Assembly: GCA_043228905.1 (NCBI GenBank) | Contig: JBHGNT010000005.1 | Coordinates: forward strand, 10,602,001-10,666,000 | Direction: 5' to 3' | Source: Azolla caroliniana | Taxonomy: Eukaryota > Plantae > Polypodiophyta | Length of the DNA: 64,000 nt | In this document: positions 25,427 through 38,338 of the stretch, one piece after another | How positions within the stretch are numbered: the first letter of the stretch is position 1 | Layout of the letters: each line of letters starts with the position of its first letter | Notes under the pieces: generated by a model | What the model was told of the DNA's origin: nothing | Databases searched by the model: none | Seen by the model: only the letters and a program-made list of their open reading frames with translations | Made by a program: the position numbers and the translations under genes

Positions 25427-27689
25427 CCACGCACCGCGATCGACCCATTTGTCTGGTCTCGTCCGTCCCGACCGGTTCAATCTGATCCTGATCCCATCCG
25501 GTTCGTCGCCATCTGGTCCCGGTCTTGGTCGCCGGATCCGTCCAATAACTGTTGGCAGTCGTCGTCGCTAGTTGGCCAAAACCTTTACAAGTAGTTAGGC
25601 CACACCTATTCATTTGAATAATTTAGTACAAGTAGTTAGGCCACACCTACACCTTGAACTCTCTACGCTCCACGCATAGACACAAAATAATAGCTTTTGC
25701 CTCTGTGTTATATATTGTGGAATCCAACGTTGTCCTATCTATGTGGGATATCTCACACTTTGTTTTCCTTCTCTTTCTCAAACTTCACACTCACATAACT
25801 TGTCACTTAAATGTCTGTTTCTTATGTGGTAAAGTGTATTCGAAAGCTCTTGAAGACCTCCATCTTTTTGTACCAAGATATTAAACTAGTATAAAATAGT
25901 ATTTTTACTATTATTGTTTTATGTTGTGTGTGAAGAACCACACTCGATTTTGTACATTCCATTCAACTTTACGACACCGAATTAAAAACATTAGCCCATG
26001 TTAGAAAATTCATTGGCTCGAGTTAGACGTGACAAAGCCAGGACAAAGTCGAGCTAGTTATCTATGCATTCTTTGTGTGGATAATGATCTGATGGTGTAG
26101 ATTTCACGAGATTATTGAAGTGCTCCTTACATTGCCCATGACCATGATTCCCTCGTGAGGCTTATTTAATATTTGGTTGCAAATAGAAATGTGGTTATGG
26201 TACTACATATGTATGTGTATTCATATCATTTTGTGATGATGTGTATGAAAGTGAAAGTGAAAGTATGTGATATGTTTATCTAAATGGGTATGTGTAAAAA
26301 GTATGCCAATGTGAATGCACATGTATGTGTGGTTACATGTGTGTAGATGTGTGTGTGCAAGCATGGGAGTGGAAACACTTTTAGAGCTATCATGTAGCAA
26401 AGAAGGCAATAAACAATTAGCTATTGTTTTAGTTGCTTGTTTAGTATGTGAATTTTAAAGGTGCATATCATTTATTATACATGGACTAAAATACATATGG
26501 AAATGCCCAAATTCAAACATTTGGCACATATAGGGGAACGTGGGTTTTGTGTATTCATGTTTGGGCCTTTAATGTTAATACACTCCCTCCTCATCCTTAG
26601 TATTTACATCGAATATCAAATATATGGAGCATTGCTCACATGATTGCAAAAATAGTCCTTGCATCAACAACAAAATGCAAAAATTAGTTAAATCCCTTAT
26701 TACAATTGGTGTTACAAGGGACCTCATTGCCTCTTCCTCTAAGTAGTTATCAATATATTTGTGGTTGTATTTTATTTTTTTCTTAAAATGAATTGCTCAT
26801 AGGTTATATTTTCTTGTTGATTGTAGAAAAGTTTATCACAATTTGCATCACGCACTAGGATGTCACAAAAGCAAGTATGTAACAAGTCAGATTTCATTAC
26901 GATTTTGATTACAATCGTATATGTATACATTTAAGGCTAACATGTAATTAGGGTTTTGGTTACAACTTACAAGCATATTTTGTCAAGTATGTAATAAGGG
27001 TTAACAACCATACATTTCCACTAGATTAATTAATTTCTAAACTGGATTAAGATTTAGAGTAGGGTTAACATATCATCACTTAGGGTTAGGATTCAGGAAC
27101 ATACATACATTGATCGGTACAATCAAATTATGACAAATATGTGGTTAGGGCTTGAATCACATATACTGTATACATATTAACTATCTCGATTTGGTAGAAG
27201 GTGGGATTCAAAGCCATTCTTCCAATTGATTGATTTATTGAATCACATATGTACACTTATACACACACATTTAGAAAAGACGTATACATGAATGCATGAA
27301 TGCAAAGGCACTTGCACTTGCACATACACTTACGAGGAATAAACAATTACACATACATACCCTCTTCATCCTCTTAAATACAAAAACCCATTATACACAT
27401 TACATCAATTCAATCCCATGTAAACACATAACTACTCACTTAGTATTTACTTACATTACACATTCTGGCACACTTGATTGGTATGTACAAGTTCATATGC
27501 ATTTCCATTCCTAAAGATTGCACCTACAAGTGCACCATGCTCAAGTCATGAAGGGAATATTCAGTGCATGCTATTAACATTATCATCTTTCACGACCCTT
27601 CATCGACAACACTGTCTTCCTCAGTTTAGGGCATACATGTATCATTGTGACATAGGGCAATCATTTTGTGAGGAACTAGGTGGTTGTTG

Positions 27690-27880
27690 TATTTTCAGAT
27701 ATATGCGCGGAAGTATGTGTATGAGGATTTGTCTTTCTATGCACAACAAACAACACAATATATGTAGTGATAAGAAGAAGAAGATAAACGATGTTAGAGC
27801 TTCAATGGAAGTTCTCTATTGATCTATAACTCTCTCTCTACAAGACTCAAGATCGATCATCATCGTTACAATTTTAGGTT
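27690..27880. repeat. Degenerate LTR fragment related to the LTR at 1302-1596
   Basis: cagatat..ggaa..atgtg..gagga..tgtc..tatgc.ca.caaacaacac...agctt.aatggaag.tct...ctctctct..agactc aligns by eye. Confidence 0.6.
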
Positions 27881-29199
27881 TCAAATATTTGAATATTTGA
27901 AAATGTGCAATAATTGCAAGAGCTCTTTCCTAGAGAAGATGTATGTTGCTTCAAATAGTGTCTTCTTTTGCCTTTTGCTCTAATAAGGAAAGCATAACAT
28001 CACGATAGCATGTATAATCTTCAATTTCCAACCTTTATGTCAATTGCAATTGTGTACATGTTTTACAATTGCCCAAATGTGGTCATGATCTCAACTTTCA
28101 AGCACTATCACCTTGTAATTTGACTAAATAGATGACAATGCATGTAAGGAGATTGTTTGTTTTCAACAAATATTTGATTTGGATATGATTATGCGAATTT
28201 ATATACTATCCACAAGAAGGTCCAACTAGTTTCAAGCTATGACTCCAAAAGCTATATTATAACCATTTGAGGCAATGAGTTCACATTGTGGGATTTGGGG
28301 GGTGATTCATTTTACTTCCCATGGCATCTAGCTTGAGATGTATAAGTTCATAACATTAAAAAAAATTGGCATCCCATGACGCAAACTAGAATGGGAGAAA
28401 ATGCCCAAAGTTAAGAGCAACATATTGAACCTAACAAGCTATGTAAAACGTATGATAAACATTCTAATTGGGAGTGTGGCATTGTTGGCATAACCATCTT
28501 TGCATACAAGCATCAAGCTAGTCAATGTCATTGTTGCAATAACAACCAAATGATGATGAGGTCATATGGATCATCATTGAGTTATTGTGTGTGCTTAAAC
28601 ACATCACTTTCCTTCACCTCCAAGTTCATTGTTGTGGGATTTCGAATAAGGGGTGTGCATACAACCAAAAAGACCATATAGTGTATACGAAAAGTGTCAC
28701 ATAGGTGTAAACTAGGGAGTAAATATTCCCAAACTAAGAAAAGTAAAAATTGGGGTCAAAAGCGACTATAGGTCACTCGACCAACGTTTACAACTTTTTA
28801 GGCCCAATGATCGAATGGTGACAAATGGATCACGTGTGAATATCATTTGAAGTAATTATAAAGATGGATATTTATGATTGTGACATAACTGTTGTTGCAA
28901 CATATGTTCTATATCATTATTAAGAAACATTGATTAGGTTTTTGTGCATATCAGTCTCATTGATAGTTAAGATTTAAGTGATTAGTAGTTAACAATGAAG
29001 TGTTATGTTGTTCAACGATTTATGTGTATGAAAGGGGTCGTTTATTGACCTATAATTTTATGTTGAACCTAGATGACATACTAATAATTGGTTCCTAACC
29101 TCACGAGATAAAGCGACACATGACGTAAAGTTAAGTCAACACTGACACCTCGACGGTTTTGATGAAGCACAATTGCACATGTAAGACGTGGGAGGAGCT

Positions 29200-29715
29200 T
29201 GACCAATGGGAAGGATGCTGCTGGAGAGGTCCTTACAGTTACAACCCTTCCAGTTCTAATCCGGCAATATGCGGGAAGATAATTTAGGCAGCCCGATAGG
29301 CGAGTTTGGTGGTCATTGAATTTGTAGGTACATTACATTACATAAAGAGAGAGGCTTCAAGGAGATACGCGGGTAGAAATGTGGGCAGACATAGCGAGAA
29401 TAAAGTTGTTTCTGTCACGTTTATGGAGGGTCCGGCCAAAACATTTGAGTGAGAGATATGTATAATAAGTACATGCATAATGAATGCTCCGAAGGTATGT
29501 ACGTGTGTGAAAGGCAAGTATGTAGAGTTAAAAAAAGGAAGGGTACTTACTAACTTCTAACTTCTAAGTTTAGTTAGAGAGAGAGAGAGAGAGAGAGAGA
29601 TGGGCGTTTGGGCGTGTGTGTGTGTGTGAAAACGGGGTTTTTGAATCGTTGGATGTTTTAGGGTTTGGGAGAGGAGAGGGGGAGGGGGAGGGGGTTCAAA
29701 TATTTGAATATATAG
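29200..29715 (+). promoter_or_regulatory. Proximal promoter of the acidic-protein gene with cell-cycle-type motifs
   Basis: CCAAT 29203, E2F-like GCGGGAA 29271, MSA core AACGG 29631, CHR-like TTTGAA/TTCAAA at 29640, 29695 and 29703, telo-box TAGGGTTT 29659, TATATA 29709, (GA)n tract. Confidence 0.5.
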
Positions 29716-29798
29716 ATAGAAGCAGCTTGAAACGCCATCGCTGCACAGAAGGGGAGATACATACAGTCTACAGAGCGACAGTGAGGGGGAGGGAGAGG

Positions 29799-29857
<59 letters not shown>

Positions 29858-29941
29858 TTCTGAGCAGGAGACGCAGCTGCGGAAACAAAGGGAAGTGAGA
29901 GGAAGAAGAGATCATCAGGTAAATTCATCTCCTTGTCCGCC

Positions 29942-32900
29942 ATGGATTATCATTCCCTGCCAAGACGCCAGCTCCAGACCCTGTGCAAGATGCATGGCAT
30001 TCCTGCTAATAAGACCAACATGGAAATGGCCAACTGCCTGTCTGCGCTCCTAAACGTAAGCATATCATCTATACTTATCTGTGTACTCTACTCTATCTCC
30101 TTATGCCTTTTTCTGTTTCATTTTAACTTGTCGGTTATACCTATTTTCGGCAGAGAAAACCAGAGCTTGAAGCTGGCGCTAACATGGAAATCGATGCCTC
30201 TGAGGCTACGCCGAGGCCTGCGCTTCGGAAAGAAGATAATGGAGATTATGAAGCTTCTCTACTTCTAGAGAAGGATAATTGTCCATATATGGACACCCCT
30301 TCTAACAGTGTAGAACGGCAACAAGAGAATGTATGGGATGAAACCGAAAACAATGATTTTGGTGGCCGGAGCATGCCTCGGAAATGTATGGTCGATCCCT
30401 TGGTTACTCAATCAAGATTAAAGAAAGGGTCAGTTTCATTCTCTGAGACTGTGGAGGTGAAGGTGATGCAGAGTTATGAGGATCCTGTTGTAGATATGAC
30501 ATCTCTTTCTAACGTGAAGAAGACCAGAACTAGCACAAGGTTGTCGGTTGGAGGAACTCCCACTGCAGCCACCCCTGTTGGAAGAAGAAGCTCTGTTTTG
30601 AAGAGCAGTGTTTCTGAATCTGAAACTGTTGTCCAGAAAGTAGCTAGTGTAACCCGATCTAGCGCAAGGAAGGGCTCAGTATATTCTTCTTCTGAAGAAA
30701 TAAAAGCTGAGAAGGCTGATAAAACAACCTCCATTTCTGTTTCTCGACGCCGAAATGCAAATGTTAGTTTGATGAGTAATGCTTCCACTAAAGTTGAAGT
30801 CGAAGATACTGTTGGCAGAAGTAGACCTCCGAGAACTCCGAGAGCTGCATTGAAGAAGAATAATGGGCTTGATAGCGTTTTGTCAGAGATTTCAGCTGTA
30901 GATGACAATAATGTATTTGTTACTCCTGCAGTAACCTCTGTTAAGAAGAGCAATCGGTCTACTTTAGGCGCATTGGAGAAGAAGCATTTGGATTCTGCAT
31001 TTGAACGTGTGGATAAGTCTGAGAATGAATCGAGCTCTACTTCTGCAGACATATCTGAAACGCCACATAAGTTTGACATGGCTGATAGTGGTTTAAACTG
31101 TAGAGTCACAAGAGGATCCATTGGAAGGATTACTAGGAGTGCTAGTAAATCTTTGATCTCTGGTCAGACTGCAAACAGGATTGAATCGATTCCAATAACA
31201 CGAAGGAATACCAGGAAAGAGCAACTGCCTTCTGACACTCCTGATGCGAGAGATGGAACTGGCTGTTCTACGAGAAAGACTGTTGCTCGGACACCATGCC
31301 TTAGTAAGGATTTTGAGGGGCTTACCTTGTCTGATGATATTCAATCCAGCTCCGAGTTCTCAAACATTTCATTATCTGTAGTCAAAGGTATAAACTTATT
31401 TATGAGATTGAAATTTACTTCGTTTTTGCTACTTATTACTGACGAGCTCGTTAATCTGGATTTGTGTGCGTGCAGTGACCGATCCAAATGATGGACGAAT
31501 TGAGTCTAATGTTGTGGCTGAACATGTTTTCAGCAAGGATGCTTGTGTGGAGAATTTAAGTCAAGCTCTCCCTTCAGAAAGTATAATTAAGGAACACTCT
31601 GAGGATATCTCTTCCTTACACAGTGTAGAAAATTCTTCAGCTAATTCCAATGCACCAATATGTGTTCTTCATTGTACAATTGAAGAATGTCCGGATGAAT
31701 CACCCTCTAAAGAGGATTTGCTAGATGTTGATGATGTTGGATTTCTTGAGAAATCCGAGTCTGCAAATGTTGATGAATTTATAAGGGGGACGCTACTATC
31801 TCTAGTGGAGAACACAGTGCTTAATTCCGATTTTCAGAAAAATACTCATGGGTATCATGGTACTGAGGAGAATGGTATTCAGTCAACACTTCCAACGTCT
31901 TATTCTACAATATATTCTGAATCATGCAATTCAGAATTGCAAAGCAATGCAAGTGAATTATGTGCCTCAGATTGTGATAACGATGTCCAATCAAAGATGT
32001 TAAATGAGGCAAAAGCTGAAGAAGATAAAAAAGAATCAGGGGAACCTCATGTGGACACTAAAGGTAATGGTTTGTCTGAACCTCAGAGTGAAGAGGTAAG
32101 CTTTAATGATGTCATTTTAAGTTCAAAAACCCAAGCCTCTTCCGCCAGCGATGTCAAAATAGTAGCTTCTTGTGCTGAAAATAATGGCCTCGTTAATATC
32201 AATGAAAACGTGACCTTGGAGAATGTAGATGTAGGGGGCAGTGATACTGTTCTTGACTTGCCCATCTTTTGTAATGATATTTCTCCTACCAAGTCTCCAA
32301 AGACAAACTCTTTGAATGCATATGAAGATCAAGATACTAAGTTCTGTACGGAAGAAATAAATGAAGGCATGGAACCTCTGGAGGTGTGTGATGGTGTAGA
32401 TGCTACACTTTCTGTCATAGAATATAATGATAATATGGAAATTTCGAAACTTTGTTCAAGAATTGAGGATGAGGGAACCATGAAAGATACTGAAGCATTA
32501 GATGAAACTCAGTCTGGTGAGCATGTTTCTACTGAAATGGAACATCTGAAAGAGCCTAAACATCTGGAAGAAACTCTTTGTGCTGTAGATGTCAATGAGG
32601 ATATTAAGCCTTTGGGTGAGCCTGCATACATGGGTTTGGCTTCTGATGTGAGTAAGGAATCTGTAGAAGAGCGTGATGCTGAGGTTGAAGCATGTATCAC
32701 TGTAGAAGGTAGTGAAAATTTAGAATCTGAATCTGTAAACCCGGTATCTAAAAATGCGGCAGCTGAAGCAGAAATGTGTACCATGGAAAATGTGATACCT
32801 GAAAATGCAATGGCTGACATTGATGTGATAGTACAGAAATTTGCTGATTTGAGCACTTCTGTGGATGAAGTTGTTGAGATTTCATCAGACATTGGTCAAA

Positions 32901-34358
32901 CCGATGTTTCCTTAGTTGAAGAAGTTGACTGGATAGGAAGTGATGTGATAGTTGGTGCAGTTTTGGAAGGACATCATAGCATAATAGCAGAAACAAATGT
33001 ATCTAGTGAAAATGAGACCAAGTCTATTGAGGAACCATCAGATGTGTATATGGAAGTAGGATGTGAAGATGATGCTCAGTTACCAGAATCAGTAAATGTG
33101 TGTGCTATCCAGCTAAGCGAGGAAACACAGCCAATTCCCAGTAATGCCACTATTGTACAGAGTGAACTGATGCAATCGCTAATGGAAGTTGATCTGATGG
33201 AAAGCATGACAGATGAAATAAATACATTTAGTGAAACGGAGGGCATGTTTATAACAGAACCATTAGTTGTGGGTATGAAAATAGAAAGTGAAGATGATGC
33301 CCAGTTACTAGAAGCAGCAAATGTGGATGCCATCCAGTCATGTGAGGAAGCAAAACTAAACCCCAGTAGCACCATCATTACAGAGAGTGAACTGATGCAA
33401 TCACCAAAGAAAGCCCAGTTATCCTCCTTGAGCCTGAGAAAGCTTAAAGAGATGGTAAAAAAGAAGGATAAAACTAAGAGTAAGGTTTCTGAGAGTGCGG
33501 TGGTAGTAGAAACTACTGAGGTGCTTCCGATAGATATTGCTCAAAGCAAAGCAACAGACAAAGAGAAACCTAGTGAAAAAAATCTGTCAGTTACACCCTT
33601 GTCTGCCGTGAAGAAGCCATGGAAGCTGTCATCAAAATTAATGAATAATACAACCTTGTCTCAATCAAATGATTCTCCTTCATCTGTAAGTTTTGACATC
33701 ATGAAAGAGGTTTTTAATGAAGTAAAATTTCCTTACAAATTTATAAGACTTGAGTCTTATCAATTGAGTTACACGGATTTGCTTTGTTTCGTTTCCTTCT
33801 TGCAGGCTGGAAAGCGATCTGCTTTGAAAAGTTTGCCTTCAAACGTGAGGCAAGCTTCTTCAGGAGGAGGAACTCCTACTGGAAAGCTTGGGAGCCTTGC
33901 CCATGGTGTAGGAAAAGTGCAATCACCAGCATTGGATCATAGTGATACAGGTAGATAAAATATTTCATTTAATTCATTTGTGATGCTTGAGCTTACACCA
34001 TGGGTCAGCATTATTGTTTGATTTTCTTCCTATCCATCCATTATATGACTTGAACATTCATTAAAACCCATGATTGTGAAATGAGCAATCCATGAAATTT
34101 GAACTTTTGCTGTGGATCCATGTTATTGCCAGATCTGTTTAGTGTTTTTTAGTGGGAGCTTCCACCATTTATCCTAGTTTGTCATTAGTTAAACTGTTCA
34201 TTCAACATATGGCTCAATATTCTCTGCAGTTGTATGTCTAAGGTCATAACTTTTTGTTGCTTGAAGGTACAGAGAATCGACTGGTGATGACACCGAGCCG
34301 TTTGGCATTGAATTCATGCCAAAAGATTAATCATTCAGTGAGATCTCTCCATCGATAA
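29942..34358 (+). CDS. Uncharacterised Asp/Glu-rich plant protein (~1264 aa) with SAP-like N-terminal motif; exons 29942-30055, 30154-31387, 31476-33685, 33806-33950, 34267-34358
   Basis: All GT-AG junctions are phase-consistent (3795 nt total). N-terminal MDYHSLPRRQLQTLCKMHGIPANKTN and late LSSLSLRKLKEM motifs resemble a conserved plant family. Basic S/T/R-rich region followed by an acidic region. Last exon is less certain. Confidence 0.85.
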
Positions 34359-36302
34359 CAAATTCATGGGAAGATTAATTGATGGTGTGCTGAGGCTCCT
34401 CCCATATACGTCCATTTTCTTTGCAATATTTCGCTGATATAATGATCTTTTTTCATGATAACTTCAATGGTGGGATTTGTTTTCCTAACCCAAAAGCTTG
34501 GTTATAAGAGTTTATGTGTAGCTTAGTTTTCTTTATTATTATTACACTTTATGGCCCTTGGTATATGAACCTATGAATAGAAGCATTGATCTTTAATGGA
34601 GGGAAAAGCTTGATCACCTTCTCCGTATGAACTTTGATGATAATTCAAGCTTTTTATTCTGTCTTATTATCAAAATGAGATTATGAATGGAAACATCTTA
34701 TGTTTTCTGCAAAAGACAGTGTTTGAGATAAAACTTAATGGATTTATCTTGATGCATTAGCTCTAGATAACTTGGCAATTGTATCATCTTTTGTTCATGT
34801 CTCATCTGGCTAGGCAAGAACTAGATGTGTATGTATGTATATGGAGTGAAGTCATATGTCGAAATCAGGTATTAGTTTGGCTCTATCTAATTGAAAGTAG
34901 GATTATTTTCTCTCTAATTGGAAAAATGATCTCTCTAAATCGAAAAATGGCCGTTGAGAATAATATTATTTTCTGGGTAGGCAAGAACTAGATGTGTATG
35001 TATGTTGGGTTTATCTCTATCAAAGAGCTCTAAATTATTTCACTAATTTGGAAAATGGCTATTGAAAGTAGTATTGATGACAATGTTCGCTTCTCAAATT
35101 TTGCCTCTATTCAAGACTGGGTGTTTTGTGCCTCTTATAAGGTTCCATCGTATCTGTGGAAGCTCATCGATTGTTTTTCAATGTGTCTTTTAAATTGATT
35201 GTCAAATACTTTTCTGGAGTAATTCCTAAATATTGGAAATTGTTTAGAGCTCTTGATTGCATCTTTCACAAACCTTTGGTGGGTATCTACAGTAATGCAG
35301 TTTGTGTAACAGTTTGGAATGTTCACGAATCTACTCTAAACAAGAACGTAACAAAGTTAGGAAGTGAATGTGGTGAATTTTGCATGCGCAAAGTAAAGGC
35401 TTGTCTTTGCCAGAATGAATACATAGGCTTGGATTGATTAACATCGGAATGGTGAGTCTTATTATTATTATTTTGTGCAATGGTTTTGAGGTCAATCAGT
35501 CAAACCATGGGGTTCTAATCAATTTGTTTGGAATGGTGAGTCTTATTATTATTTTGTGCAAAGGTTTTGAGGTCAATCAGTCAAACCTTGGGGTTCCAAG
35601 GAATTTGTTAAAAATTTGCGACCAGTTTGTACATTCTTTTGTTCAGCCATCTGCCCACTCAAACCTTATATAGAGTTTTAACATCTGTTAAAAGAATCTA
35701 GGACCAGTTTGTGTATTGTGCTTGTTCTTTGGCTTGGTAAACGATGTTACTGAGGCAAACCAATCCTTGTTAAGCTGGCTTTAGGAGTTCATTTTATCGT
35801 TTTCGTTTCAATGTTGATGCTTTCACAGTGGACATTTGCCTTATGTATTTCAGACAATCTTATCATAATGTACATAGGGCTAAGTTCCGGGAACACCAAA
35901 TTATCATTGACATTCAAAAGAGGATAGAATGATCATTGCAAGGGAATAAAAGCACATTTAATCAATAAGAGATAAAATTATGGAGTCTTCCAGCTATATC
36001 TTAGTTTTCACGTGGCCATGCCTGCCAACGGATTGAAACGTACACAAATTCCAGGAAATTTCATCCATTTTCTTCATGGCGAGGAAATGGCAATGTACTA
36101 ATACTACTACTAGTCCAATGTAGGCATGGTGAAGCAAAAGGGCAATACAGATTTCAAATAAGATGGAAACCCCATTCATAATTTTTAACTCATCTAATGA
36201 AGGGACGGACAAATCTCTAAAAAAGATTATTTGGGAAGTGCTGGAGAATTCATCAAATATGTTGTAAGAAAAAAAAAGGACTGTGAAATGAGGGATGAAT
36301 CA

Positions 36303-38082
36303 TCAATATTCAGCAGAAGGGAGGGGTTGGTGGGTGGCTGGGGGTGCAATGATGAGGTACTCATAGATGATGGCGGCAAGGGCAGCACCGACAAGAGGCC
36401 CAACCCAGTAGACCCAGTGGTTGGTGAAGTCCCAGGCAACTAGGGCGGGTCCGAAAGAGCGGGCGGGGTTCATCGATCCTCCATCAAAAGCGCCTGCGAA
36501 CAAGATATTGGCCGCAACAATGAGACCGATCGCCAAGGGTGCGATGATCGACACGTTCCCCTTGGACCTTAGATCGATTACGGTTGCATACACCGTATAC
36601 ACTAGCCCAAATGTGATCACAATCTCGAGCACCAACGCCTCATAAACTGTCTCGGACGAGGACAATGCATGTGGGGAGGTTGTCTGCAGTCAAGGAATTC
36701 TTTGAATATCAGATATAATGATGTGAGAACTTTATATACTAACTATCCATGTCAAGAAGGTTCACATATTTTCCATGCCAATGAGTCCATGATCTGAATC
36801 TAACATTCACAAGCATTCGAGACAGAGGACTTCACATGGAGGAATTCGGAGTTCATGCCATACAAAATGACTCCACATTGACGAATTTGGGGTCAGCCAT
36901 TCCCTAAACCCTAAACCCTACTTTCCCACCACACCACATCTAGCTAGGTATGTGAAGCCTAAAGTACATAAGCTCAGGCGCCTCATAAGGGAAACTGGCA
37001 TGGGAGAAAATGTTGAGAAGTTACGAACACCACATTGAACCTAGCTAGATATGCGAGACGTATGATGGATCAAATTATCAATATATCCTAGGCAATGAAA
37101 CACGTCAGAGGGAGATCGATGGGCTCTTTCTCACATGGAGCTAAAAACATTTGTTGAGATACTAATATATATACATACAACTCTAGCTCAAAAACCCAGG
37201 TGCAATTTTGGAAATTACAACGCATAGATGCACTGTACTTAGGCCATGGTCATGGGACTTACAGCTCCACCGGTCACAAAGACAAGCAAAAGGGAAGCGA
37301 TTGCTGCACCAGCGAGTTGGGCGATCCAGTAGACAATGCCCTTGAGCAATGAGATATGGCCTCCGAGGAACAAGCCGAAGGTGACGGCAGGGTTCACATG
37401 ACCCCCGGACACATTGGCGGCGATGGAGACGGCCACAAAGAGTGCAAATCCGTGAGTTAGTGCCACGCCAACGAGTCCCGCGGGTGACAAAGATGCGTTG
37501 CTTGTCAAGGTTGCTACAAACAAAATCACATGACCACACATACATAAATACATTAATCCATGATCATATACTATGCCCCAACGTAAAGAAAAATTGATCA
37601 TTAAACTGGCATAACTGTAACATAGAAGGCTAATATTTGTTTACAAGCATATAAACCCTGAGAGTAAAAAGATCATGAATTCTGAAATGGAAATGGACCC
37701 ACACGCATGAACGCATGCATGCATGCAAGCCAAGCCAAGCCAAGCCAAGCCAAGCCAAGAAAGCTTTTATCACCGGAACTCACGAAAAATCTAATGGAAT
37801 TGAACACACATTAGGTGCTAGATACAAAGACCCCCAAATTCCTGGATTAACGAAGAGCAATCGCCCACAAAATGCAGCTAATTGGTTGGATGAAGGGATC
37901 ACAAATAGATAGTAGAAATGTATGCATTAGGTATTATAGCTGTATATACCATAAGAGATGACGGAGCCTTCGCCTGCAAAGACGAAGATGAGAGTGGAGA
38001 TGAATTCAGCGAGGGCAGACTTGAAGGTGTCGGGGTGTGAAGCCTCCTCGTAACGACCAACGGCAACGTTTTGGAGAGGCAT
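36303..38082 (-). CDS. TIP: Tonoplast intrinsic protein (aquaporin, MIP family), 254 aa; exons 38082-37950, 37513-37263, 36683-36303
   Basis: [50 protein letters not shown]. Canonical two-intron TIP structure with consistent phases. Confidence 0.96.
37726..37758. repeat. (CCAAG)n pentanucleotide microsatellite in TIP intron 1
   Basis: About 6 tandem units seen directly. Confidence 0.85.
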
Positions 38083-38200
38083 GGTGTAGGATCAGTGAAC
38101 AATCCGATCTTCTTCTACTTTTAGCTAGTTTTGGATCTGTTTCTGGAACTGTGATCTCTGTATAGCACACACCCCTATCTCTGTCTGCCTATTTGTCCTC

Positions 38201-38209
38201 TATATATAG
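38201..38209 (-). promoter_or_regulatory. Probable TATA box of the TIP gene
   Basis: CCCTATATATAGAGG about 120 nt upstream of the ATG. Confidence 0.6.
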
Positions 38210-38306
38210 GGAGAAGGATATAATGAATGAATGCTCTTGGCATGAGGCCTAAAATTCTATATTATATGTTATGTATAGGTCATGTTTGTGTACATTTATG
38301 TATCAT

Positions 38307-38338
<32 letters not shown>

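Noticed and set aside
29557-29943. Antisense ORFs upstream of the acidic gene
   Set aside because: They translate (GA)n/(GT)n microsatellites (SLSLSL, THTH).
30474-33378. Long minus-strand ORFs
   Set aside because: Shadow frames of the + strand exons.
36902-36920. Telomeric repeat CCCTAAA in TIP intron 2
   Set aside because: Fewer than 3 units; a common telo-box, not an interstitial telomere.
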